Shown here piece after piece: positions 46,038 through 55,430 of a stretch of DNA of 64,000 nt (position 1 is its first letter; every line of letters begins with the position of its first letter). Origin of the DNA: a virus. The notes under the pieces are model-generated. The model searched no databases. It saw only the letters and a list, made by a program, of their open reading frames with translations, and was not told the DNA's origin. Location: the IMG/VR virus record IMGVR_UViG_3300028048_000061, positions 32,001 to 96,000 of that record; one strand, written 5' to 3'. Both the position numbers and the translations under genes were made by a program.

Positions 46038-48446
46038 CTATAATTGTAATGCTTGTATAATATCAACAAAAGGCGCATTCATATCTGTCTTGTTAAAAAA
46101 TAAAATGCTACCGTCTAAAATATCAAAAGACTCGTATCCACAAACTAGTTGTCCATCAAGGCTATATTCTTCATTAATATATAAACTAAAAGATACACAA
46201 TTATTGCCCTTTTTTGAAACAAATGATGATGCATCTTTTGTTATGCCAATATTATAATCTGGATTGTCCTTTTGCAAATTCTCTAATATCTCATATGTAT
46301 TTCCAGTAAACAAAGAATATTCTGAAGAATATTTATTCATATTTTTTAATTCAATTAGAGAAATTAATGATAATTTTGAGCCTTCCTTTTTAATCTTAAG
46401 TAATACTGGCTCGCCAACACTTTGTAGTGTATCTAAATAGCGAGTAATACCCCCTTGAGAAACATATATAGATTCGTTAGCGATATTATCAGTAACACTT
46501 AAGAACGCATAGTTTGTTTTAATTTTTAAAGAAGAAATCATTGTTTTTACGAAATAAATACCTTCTTCAACATCTTTAATCTCAGATAATGATAATATAG
46601 CTTCTGTTGTATTTATCTCATAACAAGAGAGTAAATTCTTTTTTGGATTCAATGATAATACACTAAATTCATTAAAGAGCTTTTCTTCTTCTGTCCAATG
46701 TTCATTTTCGGTTTCGTCAAACAAATGCATCAAATAACCCCTATCTGGATTAAAAGAGTCAAATGCTCCAGCTTTTAATAAAGCTTTAACAACCTTCTTA
46801 TTGACTTTTCGAGAATCTTTTCTTTCTAAAAAATCATTGAAATTATAATACGGTTGATTACTAATGATTGATTCAACAGCCTTTTCACCAACACCTTTAA
46901 TAAGATTAAAAGATAAATAAACATTATTATCATTTGTAGATACAATGGTATCTTTAGAAATGTTAATATCTGGATTATGAATAAGATAACCAGAGTTTTT
47001 CATTTCATTATAAATCTGCATTCTTTTGTCTTCGTTATCTGTGTTGTTTAATAGAGCGATATAAAATTCAATCGGATAATATGTTTTTAAATAACCAGTA
47101 ATATAAGTTAAAGCCGTATAAGACACGGCGTGTGCTTTATTAAAGGAATAAGAGGCACTTGCCTCCATTTTTTTAAAGACAGTTTCTGCAATATCTTGAG
47201 AGATTCCTCTATCTAAACAAGCTTGAATGAATTTTGGATAATACTCATCAAAAATGGCTTGAATTTTTTTACCGATACCTTTTCTAATGGTGTCTGCGTC
47301 CGCAGCTGACATCCCAGCAAAATCCGTAACAATCCTCATTGCTTGTTCTTGATAAACAATTGCTCCATAAGTCTTTTCCAAGATAGGTTCAAGTAATGGA
47401 TGGTCATATTCCACACTCTCCAACCCAAATTTCCTATTAATATAATGTTTTGTATCTCCAGAGTCTTGAGCTCCCGGCCTTGCCAATGCAGTTACGTCTG
47501 TTAATTCCTCAAAGTTTCTTGGTTGAATTTGGCGACAAGTTTCTGCAACCCCAGCTCCCTCAAATTGGAAGAGGCCTAATTGAGACTTATTAATTGTATC
47601 ATAAACACGTTCGTCATCATATGTAGATGGCAATCGAATATGTTTATTTAACTCCATTGCATCAGCAACAATGGTTAGTGTATTGAGCCCAAGCATATCT
47701 TGTTTTAACATGGATAAACTATCACAAGTTCTTCCATCTATATCAAGACATTCTACACCATTAATTTTTAATATAGAAGTGTATTTTTCAACAGAATCTG
47801 GTAATATAATATTTGCTCCAGCGTGAATACCATAAGTCTTTATCAATCCTTTTAAATCTTCGTAATTATCTCTAATAAATGGATTAGCGTTTAGGAAGGA
47901 TATCACTTCAAACGGTAAAGAATCTTCGTCAACGATTAAACCAGTTATCTTATTTACGTATTGAAAATCTAACCCAATAATACGTGCTAAATCTTTAATT
48001 GCGGTTTTGGCCGTCCAAGATAATTTATTAATGACTTGATAACTTTTATTTGACCCAAAATCTTGTTTAATTTGTTTCAAAATAGCTTGTCTTTTATCTC
48101 TAGGGATATCTACATCAATATCAGGATTTGCAATAGACGCTACTCTTGTTGGGTTTAAAAAACGCTCAAAAATTAAACTATGTTTAATAGGGTCAATATC
48201 TGTAATCTGTAAACAATAACAAACCAAGCTTCCAGCAGCACTTCCTCTGCCTCTATTTACAACAATTCCTTGAGATTTAAGTTTACAAACAATATATGCA
48301 GTATTTAAAAAGAAATCTTCAAGATTTCCACTATAAATAACATCTAATTCATAATTAAGACGTTTAACATAGTTAAAATCTTCTATAAAACCTCTTCTTT
48401 CAAGCCCTTCAAAACATTTTTTTCTTAAAAAATCTTTATTATCCAT
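46038..48446 (-). CDS. dnaE: Family C DNA polymerase (DnaE-like) catalytic subunit lacking the PHP domain
   Basis: GRGSAAGSLVCYCL.IT.IDP, FERFLNP, PDIDVD, KQDMLGL, GLFQFE, YSFNKAHA, HhH and OB fold; likely start 48446 after GGTGA. Confidence 0.95.
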   Translation of the reverse strand: MDNKDFLRKKCFEGLERRGFIEDFNYVKRLNYELDVIYSGNLEDFFLNTAYIVCKLKSQGIVVNRGRGSAAGSLVCYCLQITDIDPIKHSLIFERFLNPTRVASIANPDIDVDIPRDKRQAILKQIKQDFGSNKSYQVINKLSWTAKTAIKDLARIIGLDFQYVNKITGLIVDEDSLPFEVISFLNANPFIRDNYEDLKGLIKTYGIHAGANIILPDSVEKYTSILKINGVECLDIDGRTCDSLSMLKQDMLGLNTLTIVADAMELNKHIRLPSTYDDERVYDTINKSQLGLFQFEGAGVAETCRQIQPRNFEELTDVTALARPGAQDSGDTKHYINRKFGLESVEYDHPLLEPILEKTYGAIVYQEQAMRIVTDFAGMSAADADTIRKGIGKKIQAIFDEYYPKFIQACLDRGISQDIAETVFKKMEASASYSFNKAHAVSYTALTYITGYLKTYYPIEFYIALLNNTDNEDKRMQIYNEMKNSGYLIHNPDINISKDTIVSTNDNNVYLSFNLIKGVGEKAVESIISNQPYYNFNDFLERKDSRKVNKKVVKALLKAGAFDSFNPDRGYLMHLFDETENEHWTEEEKLFNEFSVLSLNPKKNLLSCYEINTTEAILSLSEIKDVEEGIYFVKTMISSLKIKTNYAFLSVTDNIANESIYVSQGGITRYLDTLQSVGEPVLLKIKKEGSKLSLISLIELKNMNKYSSEYSLFTGNTYEILENLQKDNPDYNIGITKDASSFVSKKGNNCVSFSLYINEEYSLDGQLVCGYESFDILDGSILFFNKTDMNAPFVDIIQALQL

Positions 48447-48451
48447 TAACA

Positions 48452-49369
48452 TCACCATATTTTTGAAAAGATTTCATCAAATTCCTTATGTTTAGTAAAG
48501 ACAGGTATTTTATCTGATTTATCACGAATTGATGCATTGCATCTATTTGCAATGACATATGTTTGCTCGAGAGCATTGTTAACAACATTTATATCTTCAA
48601 AGCCAGATTGAATGGCATTATTTCGAATAATTTCTGCTGACCCAACGCAATTTGAATCCATACTTTCGTTAACGTCAGCCAACTTTTTATGCCAACTAAT
48701 TGATTGGACAATTCTTCTTAAATTTTTATCAGTTTTGTCTACAAAGTGTGAATCGCAAGAAACTGTCAAAGGAATGCCATAACTTTCTGATAATGTCACC
48801 AATTTTTCATTGATAATTTTTTGGTCATCATATAAAGGGTGGAATTGTAGTTCAAGAGAAAAGTTATGATTAAAAATGTCGTCAAACAACAAAACGTAAT
48901 CCTCTGCCTTATCAATATTCTCGTCCAAAATACTTCTTGCTATGCTACCAAGAGAGCACGCACTTGTGCAATAAATCCCATCAGTAGGATATGTTTTTAA
49001 ACACTCATATGACAATATAGGTTTATAATAAAAATTTTCCACAGCAATACGTTGAAAACGTCGAATATTTTCCAATCCTTCTTGATTCATTGCGAGCATT
49101 ACTAAATGATATCTATCACGTGTTTTTGCTTCATTATATGAATCTCTACAATAAAACTCATTGCCAAAAATCGGTTTTATTTCATTATCTTGCATTACTT
49201 GGTCAAACTCAATCCATCCAGCACAACTAGAATGGTCAGTAATAGCACAAGCTTTTTGGTTATACTCCTTGAGCTTCATAGCTAACTTAGGAATCTTTAT
49301 AACAGAATCTTGTATGCTATACATACTATGTAAATGCAAATTAACAAAATCAGAATCTTTAAACGTCAT
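48452..49369 (-). CDS. PHP domain of DNA polymerase III alpha, encoded as a separate gene
   Basis: HLHSMYSIQD, AITDH, KPIFGNE, HLVMLAMN..G, SCDSHF metal ligands. Confidence 0.9.
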   Translation of the reverse strand: MTFKDSDFVNLHLHSMYSIQDSVIKIPKLAMKLKEYNQKACAITDHSSCAGWIEFDQVMQDNEIKPIFGNEFYCRDSYNEAKTRDRYHLVMLAMNQEGLENIRRFQRIAVENFYYKPILSYECLKTYPTDGIYCTSACSLGSIARSILDENIDKAEDYVLLFDDIFNHNFSLELQFHPLYDDQKIINEKLVTLSESYGIPLTVSCDSHFVDKTDKNLRRIVQSISWHKKLADVNESMDSNCVGSAEIIRNNAIQSGFEDINVVNNALEQTYVIANRCNASIRDKSDKIPVFTKHKEFDEIFSKIW

Positions 49370-49712
49370 TCATACCCTCCAAAGTTAATGCAGCAATACG
49401 TTCTTTATTCACACTAATATCAAAAGACGGTTGCTTATCATTATCAGAAGAAGTACACTCAATAAATAGTGTAGAAGGTTCTCCAATGCCTAACGCCAAG
49501 CAAATCTTTTCATTGCATTGTGTTTCAAATTCAATCTCTAAATCTATCAAATCATAATCTTGTTTGTCTTTGATTTGTTGATTATAAAATTGAGCAAATT
49601 GTTCTGCAATCCTTTGAACGGTACCAATATTGTAAATCACCATATCTAGTTCATTTTCTGACTGGATATGCTTGTCTAAAAAAGTAATAAAAGTTTTATA
49701 TTCCTTTGTCAT
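49359..49712 (-). CDS. Hypothetical protein
   Basis: ORF with RBS GAGGTG. Confidence 0.5.
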   Translation of the reverse strand: MTKEYKTFITFLDKHIQSENELDMVIYNIGTVQRIAEQFAQFYNQQIKDKQDYDLIDLEIEFETQCNEKICLALGIGEPSTLFIECTSSDNDKQPSFDISVNKERIAALTLEGMNDV

Positions 49713-49766
49713 TTTTCACACCTCAATTTTAATAATATATATAACTTTTATAATATTTAAATGTAT

Positions 49767-50021
49767 TTATTCTTTTTCTTCTTTGTCTTCGTTGTCAGTT
49801 TGATACATTTTTAATAATTCCAAGTCTTTTGCTAGCAAATAAAAATACTCTTTTTTCAACTGCAAATATTTCTCTTGAGCTAATCCTTTAATGATTGGCG
49901 ATTTAATTTGTGTTAAATCTAATTGTATTAATCGTAGCTCTTGCTCCATCTCTTGTAAAAGAATTAAAAAATTAACGTCAGGGTTATTAAATTCTTGTGT
50001 TAAGTCAATATCGTCACTCAT
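49767..50021 (-). CDS. Hypothetical coiled-coil protein
   Basis: ORF in operon context. Confidence 0.5.
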   Translation of the reverse strand: MSDDIDLTQEFNNPDVNFLILLQEMEQELRLIQLDLTQIKSPIIKGLAQEKYLQLKKEYFYLLAKDLELLKMYQTDNEDKEEKE

Positions 50022-50031
50022 TATAATGCCT

Positions 50032-50613
50032 CTATTCTTTTTCTATAAAATCTGCCTCAATAATCTCAGCATCTATTCTCTCTTCATCATCTAAATTCAT
50101 AGCTTCTATCATACTAGATAAGTTATTTTCAAATTCAACTGTGAGCTTTTGTCCCTCATTGATGTCGTGAATAGATTTTGTGATGTTTACTAATGATGTC
50201 ATAGCAGCTTGAGTATCTTGTTCAAGTCCTAAATTCATTTCGTTTTCATATTGAATTCCTCTACGCAATCGTGTAGCTTCAATAGAAAATAACTCTTGTA
50301 AAATAGCTACGGGTTCAAATTCAACCTTTGCAAGCTCTAAAGCTGCTCTATAAGAATCCTCTGGCATTTCTCCAAGAGCAACATCAATCAAAGATGTGAC
50401 TCCGTCTTTTGTTACGGTATAATTTTTGCGCTTCATCAAGGAAACACCCTCTTCTTCGGCTCTTTTCTTGAAATCATCTAACTCATCTTGTGTGCTAATG
50501 ATATCAGAGCCTTTTTTTGAAGGACTTGTAAAAATATCCCTATCTTTTTTATAAGGATATTGTGCGGCCAATAACTGCTTTTCTTTTTGTGATAACTCAT
50601 CATAACGAGACAT
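50032..50613 (-). CDS. Hypothetical helical protein (weakly reminiscent of a terminase small subunit)
   Basis: Helical, with an acidic IDAEIIEADF tail; family assignment weak. Confidence 0.35.
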   Translation of the reverse strand: MSRYDELSQKEKQLLAAQYPYKKDRDIFTSPSKKGSDIISTQDELDDFKKRAEEEGVSLMKRKNYTVTKDGVTSLIDVALGEMPEDSYRAALELAKVEFEPVAILQELFSIEATRLRRGIQYENEMNLGLEQDTQAAMTSLVNITKSIHDINEGQKLTVEFENNLSSMIEAMNLDDEERIDAEIIEADFIEKE

Positions 50614-50614
50614 T

Positions 50615-50809
50615 TTAATCACCGTCGGTTATATATTGAATGATGATTTTCTTAAAATCTTCGTCATCTAATACATCAAGAAAGTTTTTTGTTAGTCCTG
50701 AAAAATAGATAATAGCAGTTTTTGCGTCAATTTTTTCCAACGCCTTTGTTAAAATTGGAGTTAATTCTTTATTTACCTCTTCTAATTCTGTTATAATTTC
50801 CTCTTGCAT
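50615..50809 (-). CDS. Hypothetical protein
   Basis: ORF with RBS AGGTGA. Confidence 0.5.
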   Translation of the reverse strand: MQEEIITELEEVNKELTPILTKALEKIDAKTAIIYFSGLTKNFLDVLDDEDFKKIIIQYITDGD

Positions 50810-50837
50810 TTATATCACCTTAAAAAAATAGTAAATA

Positions 50838-50912
50838 TATCAGAGATAAATTTTAACTTTTATTATACTGATATAAATTACAGAAGAGGTGTATATAAAA
50901 TTATCTCTGATA
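50838..50912. repeat. 12-bp inverted repeat flanking a TATA box
   Basis: TATCAGAGATAA (50838) / TTATCTCTGATA (50901). Confidence 0.65.
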
Positions 50913-50949
50913 ATAATATATATCCCTCTTAAATTTATTTAAATTTTAA

Positions 50950-51300
50950 TTAATCCTCTGTTTCTTCATATAGTGAAAAGAAATTCTCTAAACAAATACT
51001 CCAAGCAGATTCTACTAATAACGACATATTATAATTAAATATCTTGAATTTTGTTTGCAAGCAGTATTTAATGTATTTATAAAAAAATACTTCTGATGCT
51101 TGCTTAACATTAGTAAAGTCTATAATAAAAACTTTATAATCATCTTTATATTGATTAATGTGTTCAAATAGGCTATCTGCTGTATTTGCACAATTGAGAT
51201 TCTCTTCATTAATAGGAATCATTAATGCATCCAAGTCAAGCGTTGGATTTGCATATCTGTAAGCATCCTCTTTTAATTCATTTCTTGGTTCTTGAAACAT
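50950..51300 (-). CDS. STAS-like (DUF4325-type) domain protein
   Basis: A..LF....FIIDFTNVKQASEVFF...I.NYN pattern; start refined to 51300. Confidence 0.55.
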   Translation of the reverse strand: MFQEPRNELKEDAYRYANPTLDLDALMIPINEENLNCANTADSLFEHINQYKDDYKVFIIDFTNVKQASEVFFYKYIKYCLQTKFKIFNYNMSLLVESAWSICLENFFSLYEETED

Positions 51301-51310
51301 TTTATCACCA

Positions 51311-52663
51311 TTATGGGGATTCTGTTTGATTATTTGCTTCGATTTCAAAACCATCAACAATGGCATTTCCATCGTAAACGGCTTTAACATACATTACATC
51401 ATCTTCTTGTAATCCGTAATTATTAAGATTAATTGATATATAGTCTGTGCTTGTTATTAGAGAATATACTCCGTTTAAAAATGTTACATCATATTTGGTA
51501 GCTGTATAAAAAGGTAGACCACCATCTAAAGTTCCCCAATTTCCTTGATTATTTTTCAAATAAAAATTGATACTACCATATGTATGAGCTAACATATTAA
51601 AGCCACTATCCTCTGTACAAAAAGTATTACCAGAAACTTGTTCTACGTCGAAAGAAAGACTAGTCTCAAAACCACTTAATAAACCATTAACATCTAGGGC
51701 TATATTAGTGGGTTCTGTGGTAAAAATTTGAGTGCTTTTTGTTGCGGAGTCAGAAGACACAAAGCTATTTCCTTCAAATATTGCTTGTATAACAATCTCT
51801 GTATTTCGATATTCTTGAGGAACAACAATATCAATAGCACTTGTAGTTTGATTTTCTACTTTCCGAAGATTACTTGAACCTAAAAAAACACTATCTTGGT
51901 CTTTATGTAGATAAAACAAAACCTTTCCAGCCAATAAGCTTGACTCATCAATATCTAATCCTAAATTTCTAAATCCATCAACCAAATTAGTATTACCCAT
52001 CGATATCTTATATGCTATACGAACCCCACCATCTGTATTAATACATTCATTTACAGTTGATGTTGTATTGCTTATTTGATTTCCGTGCAAATCAATAAGT
52101 ACATATTTTGATGTTGATTTTCTATATATCTTGTTTCCTAAATACTCAAAATGCAAAATTATTTGTTCATCACTAAATACAGGAGTATCAAAATGATAAT
52201 TAAATGTAGCTTCACCTTGTCTATTTGTTATCGCAGAAGCCACAGATTCAGATGGATTATTACTTAGGTACATAAATACAGATTGATTTTTTAACGGCTC
52301 ATTAGTTTCAGAATCTACTAATTTTATTTTAATCTGACTATTAACGTCTGTTAAAGATTCCTCTGTAATATCAGTTAAAATATCAATTTTTGTTGGAGCA
52401 TAATCCTTAACAAAAATATCTCCATCCAATGCTGACATATACTTATCGTTTTCGACATCATAATATAATTGAGAACGAATAACAAAATTCTTATAGACAA
52501 CAGCTCCATTTTGTGTATTTGTTTCCTTCAAATACAATGTAATCTCTTCATAATCACATTCTTGAGCTACATCATAGTCTATAATACAAATGTTAATATT
52601 TAAATCATTTGCATTTTGTTTTAATATATGTAATATTTTCTTAAAACGTGTTGTATTAATCAT
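51311..52663 (-). CDS. Ig-like domain protein (methanogen adhesin-like)
   Basis: KIKLVDSETNEPLKNQSV..AITNRQGEATF..F.YLG and A.FEGN repeats. Confidence 0.55.
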   Translation of the reverse strand: MINTTRFKKILHILKQNANDLNINICIIDYDVAQECDYEEITLYLKETNTQNGAVVYKNFVIRSQLYYDVENDKYMSALDGDIFVKDYAPTKIDILTDITEESLTDVNSQIKIKLVDSETNEPLKNQSVFMYLSNNPSESVASAITNRQGEATFNYHFDTPVFSDEQIILHFEYLGNKIYRKSTSKYVLIDLHGNQISNTTSTVNECINTDGGVRIAYKISMGNTNLVDGFRNLGLDIDESSLLAGKVLFYLHKDQDSVFLGSSNLRKVENQTTSAIDIVVPQEYRNTEIVIQAIFEGNSFVSSDSATKSTQIFTTEPTNIALDVNGLLSGFETSLSFDVEQVSGNTFCTEDSGFNMLAHTYGSINFYLKNNQGNWGTLDGGLPFYTATKYDVTFLNGVYSLITSTDYISINLNNYGLQEDDVMYVKAVYDGNAIVDGFEIEANNQTESP

Positions 52664-53178
52664 AAAAGGCCTTCTTTAATTTTTGCAAAAATATAGTCTA
52701 TAATATAATTATATTTATTTATAGAATTATTTATACTATAATTCTTTTCACAATAAATATAGTCAAAATCGTTAAAAATTATATCCTCTCTATTGGGATA
52801 AAATAAAATAAAATATGTAAAACTTTCTATTGATTGTTCTTTTTTGAAACCTTGATTACAAACGCCCCGAATTTCAAACTGATAATGTGTCGTGCGCTGA
52901 ATCCAAGAAATTGCCTCTTGAAAGATGTCGGATTCGGAATATAATAAATTTTCGCTCGCTTTAAGTAATATAAATTGTGCTCCTCCAATGGCACAAAGTT
53001 CAAAGACTCTTGTATAAATTTCTCTTCGTCTTGCGGTTCTTGTATTAATTCGTTCCCACGTACAGAGCTCGTCAAGGTCTGCAATAACTGCATCAATTCT
53101 TGTTTCTTCATCTGCATCTACCTCATTGAATAACCCCCCCAAATGATAATCATCAGACGTTAAATTAACGTAATTCAT
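52660..53178 (-). CDS. Hypothetical protein
   Basis: ORF in operon context. Confidence 0.5.
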   Translation of the reverse strand: MNYVNLTSDDYHLGGLFNEVDADEETRIDAVIADLDELCTWERINTRTARRREIYTRVFELCAIGGAQFILLKASENLLYSESDIFQEAISWIQRTTHYQFEIRGVCNQGFKKEQSIESFTYFILFYPNREDIIFNDFDYIYCEKNYSINNSINKYNYIIDYIFAKIKEGLL

Positions 53179-53335
53179 TATAAAAATCCTCAGAATAATT
53201 TTTTTTAATCTTTTTCTTTTCCTCTAACTCAACAATATATGAGTCTGGATATTCGCTCATTTGCTCTAATATCAAGTCTAATGAAAAAGATGTAAATATA
53301 ATACCGTCTTTTGTTGTTGCTAATCCGTATTTCAT
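53165..53335 (-). CDS. Hypothetical 56-aa protein (not in ORF track)
   Basis: MKYGLATTKDGIIFTSFSLD...; RBS GAGGTG. Confidence 0.5.
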   Translation of the reverse strand: MKYGLATTKDGIIFTSFSLDLILEQMSEYPDSYIVELEEKKKIKKNYSEDFYNELR

Positions 53336-53348
53336 AGTTGCACCTCTA

Positions 53349-53381
53349 AAAAAAAAGCCTCCATGTCAGAAACATGGAGGC
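53349..53381 (-). terminator. Hairpin + U-tract terminator
   Basis: GCCTCCATGT-N5-ACATGGAGGC followed by 8 T on the minus strand, 18 nt after the upstream stop. Confidence 0.75.
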
Positions 53382-53399
53382 CGTAAAATGTCAAAGAAT

Positions 53400-53990
53400 T
53401 TAGATGAAATTTTGAATAACTTCTTTGGTAGTTTGATTCGGAGAGTTACCAAATCTAGTGAATTCAGTAAGAATCATACATTTTGGTTTACTTTCTAAGA
53501 ACGCAAAGAAATCTTGATATGATTTGATACTTGGATTGAATTCTTGTGCTCTTGCCAACAATTTAGAGAAGTAACTTGCATATTGAGAGCTTGCGCTGTT
53601 ACTCCAAAAGCGGTCAAGTTGTGGTTGTCCGTTTGCATCAAGAATTGGATTTCCAGCTTCGTCTGCAACTGGATAGAATCTTAACCCACCATATGCGTCA
53701 GATGATTCGACAGTTTCCCCTGTTTCAGGGTGTTTAAATTCTGTTCTTACGTAAACACGAACTTTGTAGAATTTTTTACTTGCATCATTTTGGTTGAATT
53801 TTAATTCACCATCCCTCTGCAATTTGATACCAACAATAGTCGCTTCAGTCGGAACTTCAAGGATTGGTTTCTCTTGAGGTTCTGCATTGATGCTTTGACT
53901 TAATTTATCTTTTCCTAACGCAGATAAGTCAATGTCTACTGCGGTACTTTGGTTGCTATTTGGTTGAATTAAATTATTTGGCATATTCAT
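53400..53990 (-). CDS. Hypothetical protein, possible OB-fold single-stranded DNA-binding protein
   Basis: Beta-rich with aromatic residues; has its own promoter and terminator; next to mre11. Fold is a guess. Confidence 0.3.
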   Translation of the reverse strand: MNMPNNLIQPNSNQSTAVDIDLSALGKDKLSQSINAEPQEKPILEVPTEATIVGIKLQRDGELKFNQNDASKKFYKVRVYVRTEFKHPETGETVESSDAYGGLRFYPVADEAGNPILDANGQPQLDRFWSNSASSQYASYFSKLLARAQEFNPSIKSYQDFFAFLESKPKCMILTEFTRFGNSPNQTTKEVIQNFI

Positions 53991-54132
53991 ATATATCACG
54001 TCTCCATTTAGTTTTTCACTTTTTACTTTATTTTTCGCCTATATAACATTCGTTCTTTACGGCGTATTACAAATTCGACAGTCTAAATGTGTTATGACAC
54101 AATAACACAAGTACATTATTATATTAAACTTC

Positions 54133-54148
54133 ATAGTATATAAAGGTT
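54133..54148 (-). promoter_or_regulatory. Variant of the viral promoter motif
   Basis: AACCTTTATATACTAT on the minus strand. Confidence 0.6.
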
Positions 54149-54154
54149 TCGTTT

Positions 54155-55276
54155 TTAATAATTATCTTCAAAATATTTATCGGCTAATTCAATAGCAGAA
54201 ACAATATTGTCATTCTTGGTGCTATTCTTATTGAAAATTTGCAATAAGTCATATGCAAAGACGGCCTCATTTTTAGACACCTTTTGTTCTAACATTTCTT
54301 GAAGAGAGGAAATTGATTGTTCGTGCAATAATTCACCATCTTCATCGTTGTCAACGTCATTTGATACAACAACATTTAATCTTAAGCAATCATCACTAAT
54401 AATATTTGCTATTTCGTGAGCTCTCTCTACATCAAATGACTGAAAAGATAACTCAACAATCGGTTTTCTTAGGCTTTTGATATTTTCTTTAATTGTCTTT
54501 ATGCTATCTTCATCAACATTTTCAAAAAAATAAAACTGACGGAATAATGGAATGTTAACCCAGCCACATTGATTTTTCTCTGTATCCAAGATATAAAATC
54601 CTTTGCCTCTATTTATAGCATCTCTTGCTTCTGTAACAGAGCTTCTTTCAATAGAGCCGGGATAGATGATTTGACAATTGTTATGTTCTCTTGCGATACG
54701 AGAATGCAAATGCCCAATGAAAATATAATCAAAATCATTATATGGTAAATCTTCCTCTGTCAATTCTGCTCCATAAATCAAGTCAAGGTCTACAGCTTGG
54801 TGCAATAGCAAAACTTTTAAACCATTATGCTTTTTGGATGCTTCAACGTGTTTTTGAATAACTTCCAATAAATCTGTCTTGTTGGATTCTGAACGATATT
54901 TTGCCCCAGCAATAAACACATCACCAATTGTGATATGGGTGTCATCTAAAGATGTCGCCTCAGAAATCTTAAAAAACAAATCATCGGGGCTCATAAAATT
55001 TTTCTTTCTAATTATAGTATGATTTCCAGTAATAGAATAATATTGAATATCTGCTTCTTGTAATTTGGCCAATCCTTTCTCGTATTCATATAAAGCGATT
55101 GAAGAAGGGATATGAGTATCAAAAATATCCCCTAACTGCAAGATTACATCTATATTCTTTCTGCTAATAATATCATCTATGATTTGATTCCATCTTTGAT
55201 AAAAGTCTTGTTCTCTTTCATCAAGGCCATATTGTCTATACCCCAAATGTAAATCTCCTATGATTGCTATGTTCAT
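54155..55276 (-). CDS. mre11: Mre11/SbcD nuclease
   Basis: GDLHLG, LGDIFD, ITGNH, LLHQ, GHLH, YPGS..E phosphoesterase motifs. Confidence 0.95.
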   Translation of the reverse strand: MNIAIIGDLHLGYRQYGLDEREQDFYQRWNQIIDDIISRKNIDVILQLGDIFDTHIPSSIALYEYEKGLAKLQEADIQYYSITGNHTIIRKKNFMSPDDLFFKISEATSLDDTHITIGDVFIAGAKYRSESNKTDLLEVIQKHVEASKKHNGLKVLLLHQAVDLDLIYGAELTEEDLPYNDFDYIFIGHLHSRIAREHNNCQIIYPGSIERSSVTEARDAINRGKGFYILDTEKNQCGWVNIPLFRQFYFFENVDEDSIKTIKENIKSLRKPIVELSFQSFDVERAHEIANIISDDCLRLNVVVSNDVDNDEDGELLHEQSISSLQEMLEQKVSKNEAVFAYDLLQIFNKNSTKNDNIVSAIELADKYFEDNY

Positions 55277-55284
55277 ATAATCAC

Positions 55285-55428
55285 CTATATTATATATTCA
55301 CTTATAACATCCTCTTCTTTAACTTCAAAAATCTGATTACAAGACAAACACTTATATTTAATAATTAATGTTTGATTATTCTTTGACCTAAATTGTATTC
55401 TTTGACTACCACAAACTGGACATTCCAT
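55285..55428 (-). CDS. 47-aa zinc-ribbon protein (not in ORF track)
   Basis: MECPVCGS...YKCLSCNQIFE; RBS GGTG; stop abuts the mre11 RBS. Confidence 0.65.
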   Translation of the reverse strand: MECPVCGSQRIQFRSKNNQTLIIKYKCLSCNQIFEVKEEDVISEYII

Positions 55429-55430
55429 TT

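Noticed and set aside
37483-48458. Inteins in NrdD or DnaE; stop-codon recoding
   Set aside because: Protein lengths and motif spacing leave no insertion with C..HN intein ends; long ORFs are open in the standard code and no suppressor anticodon is present.
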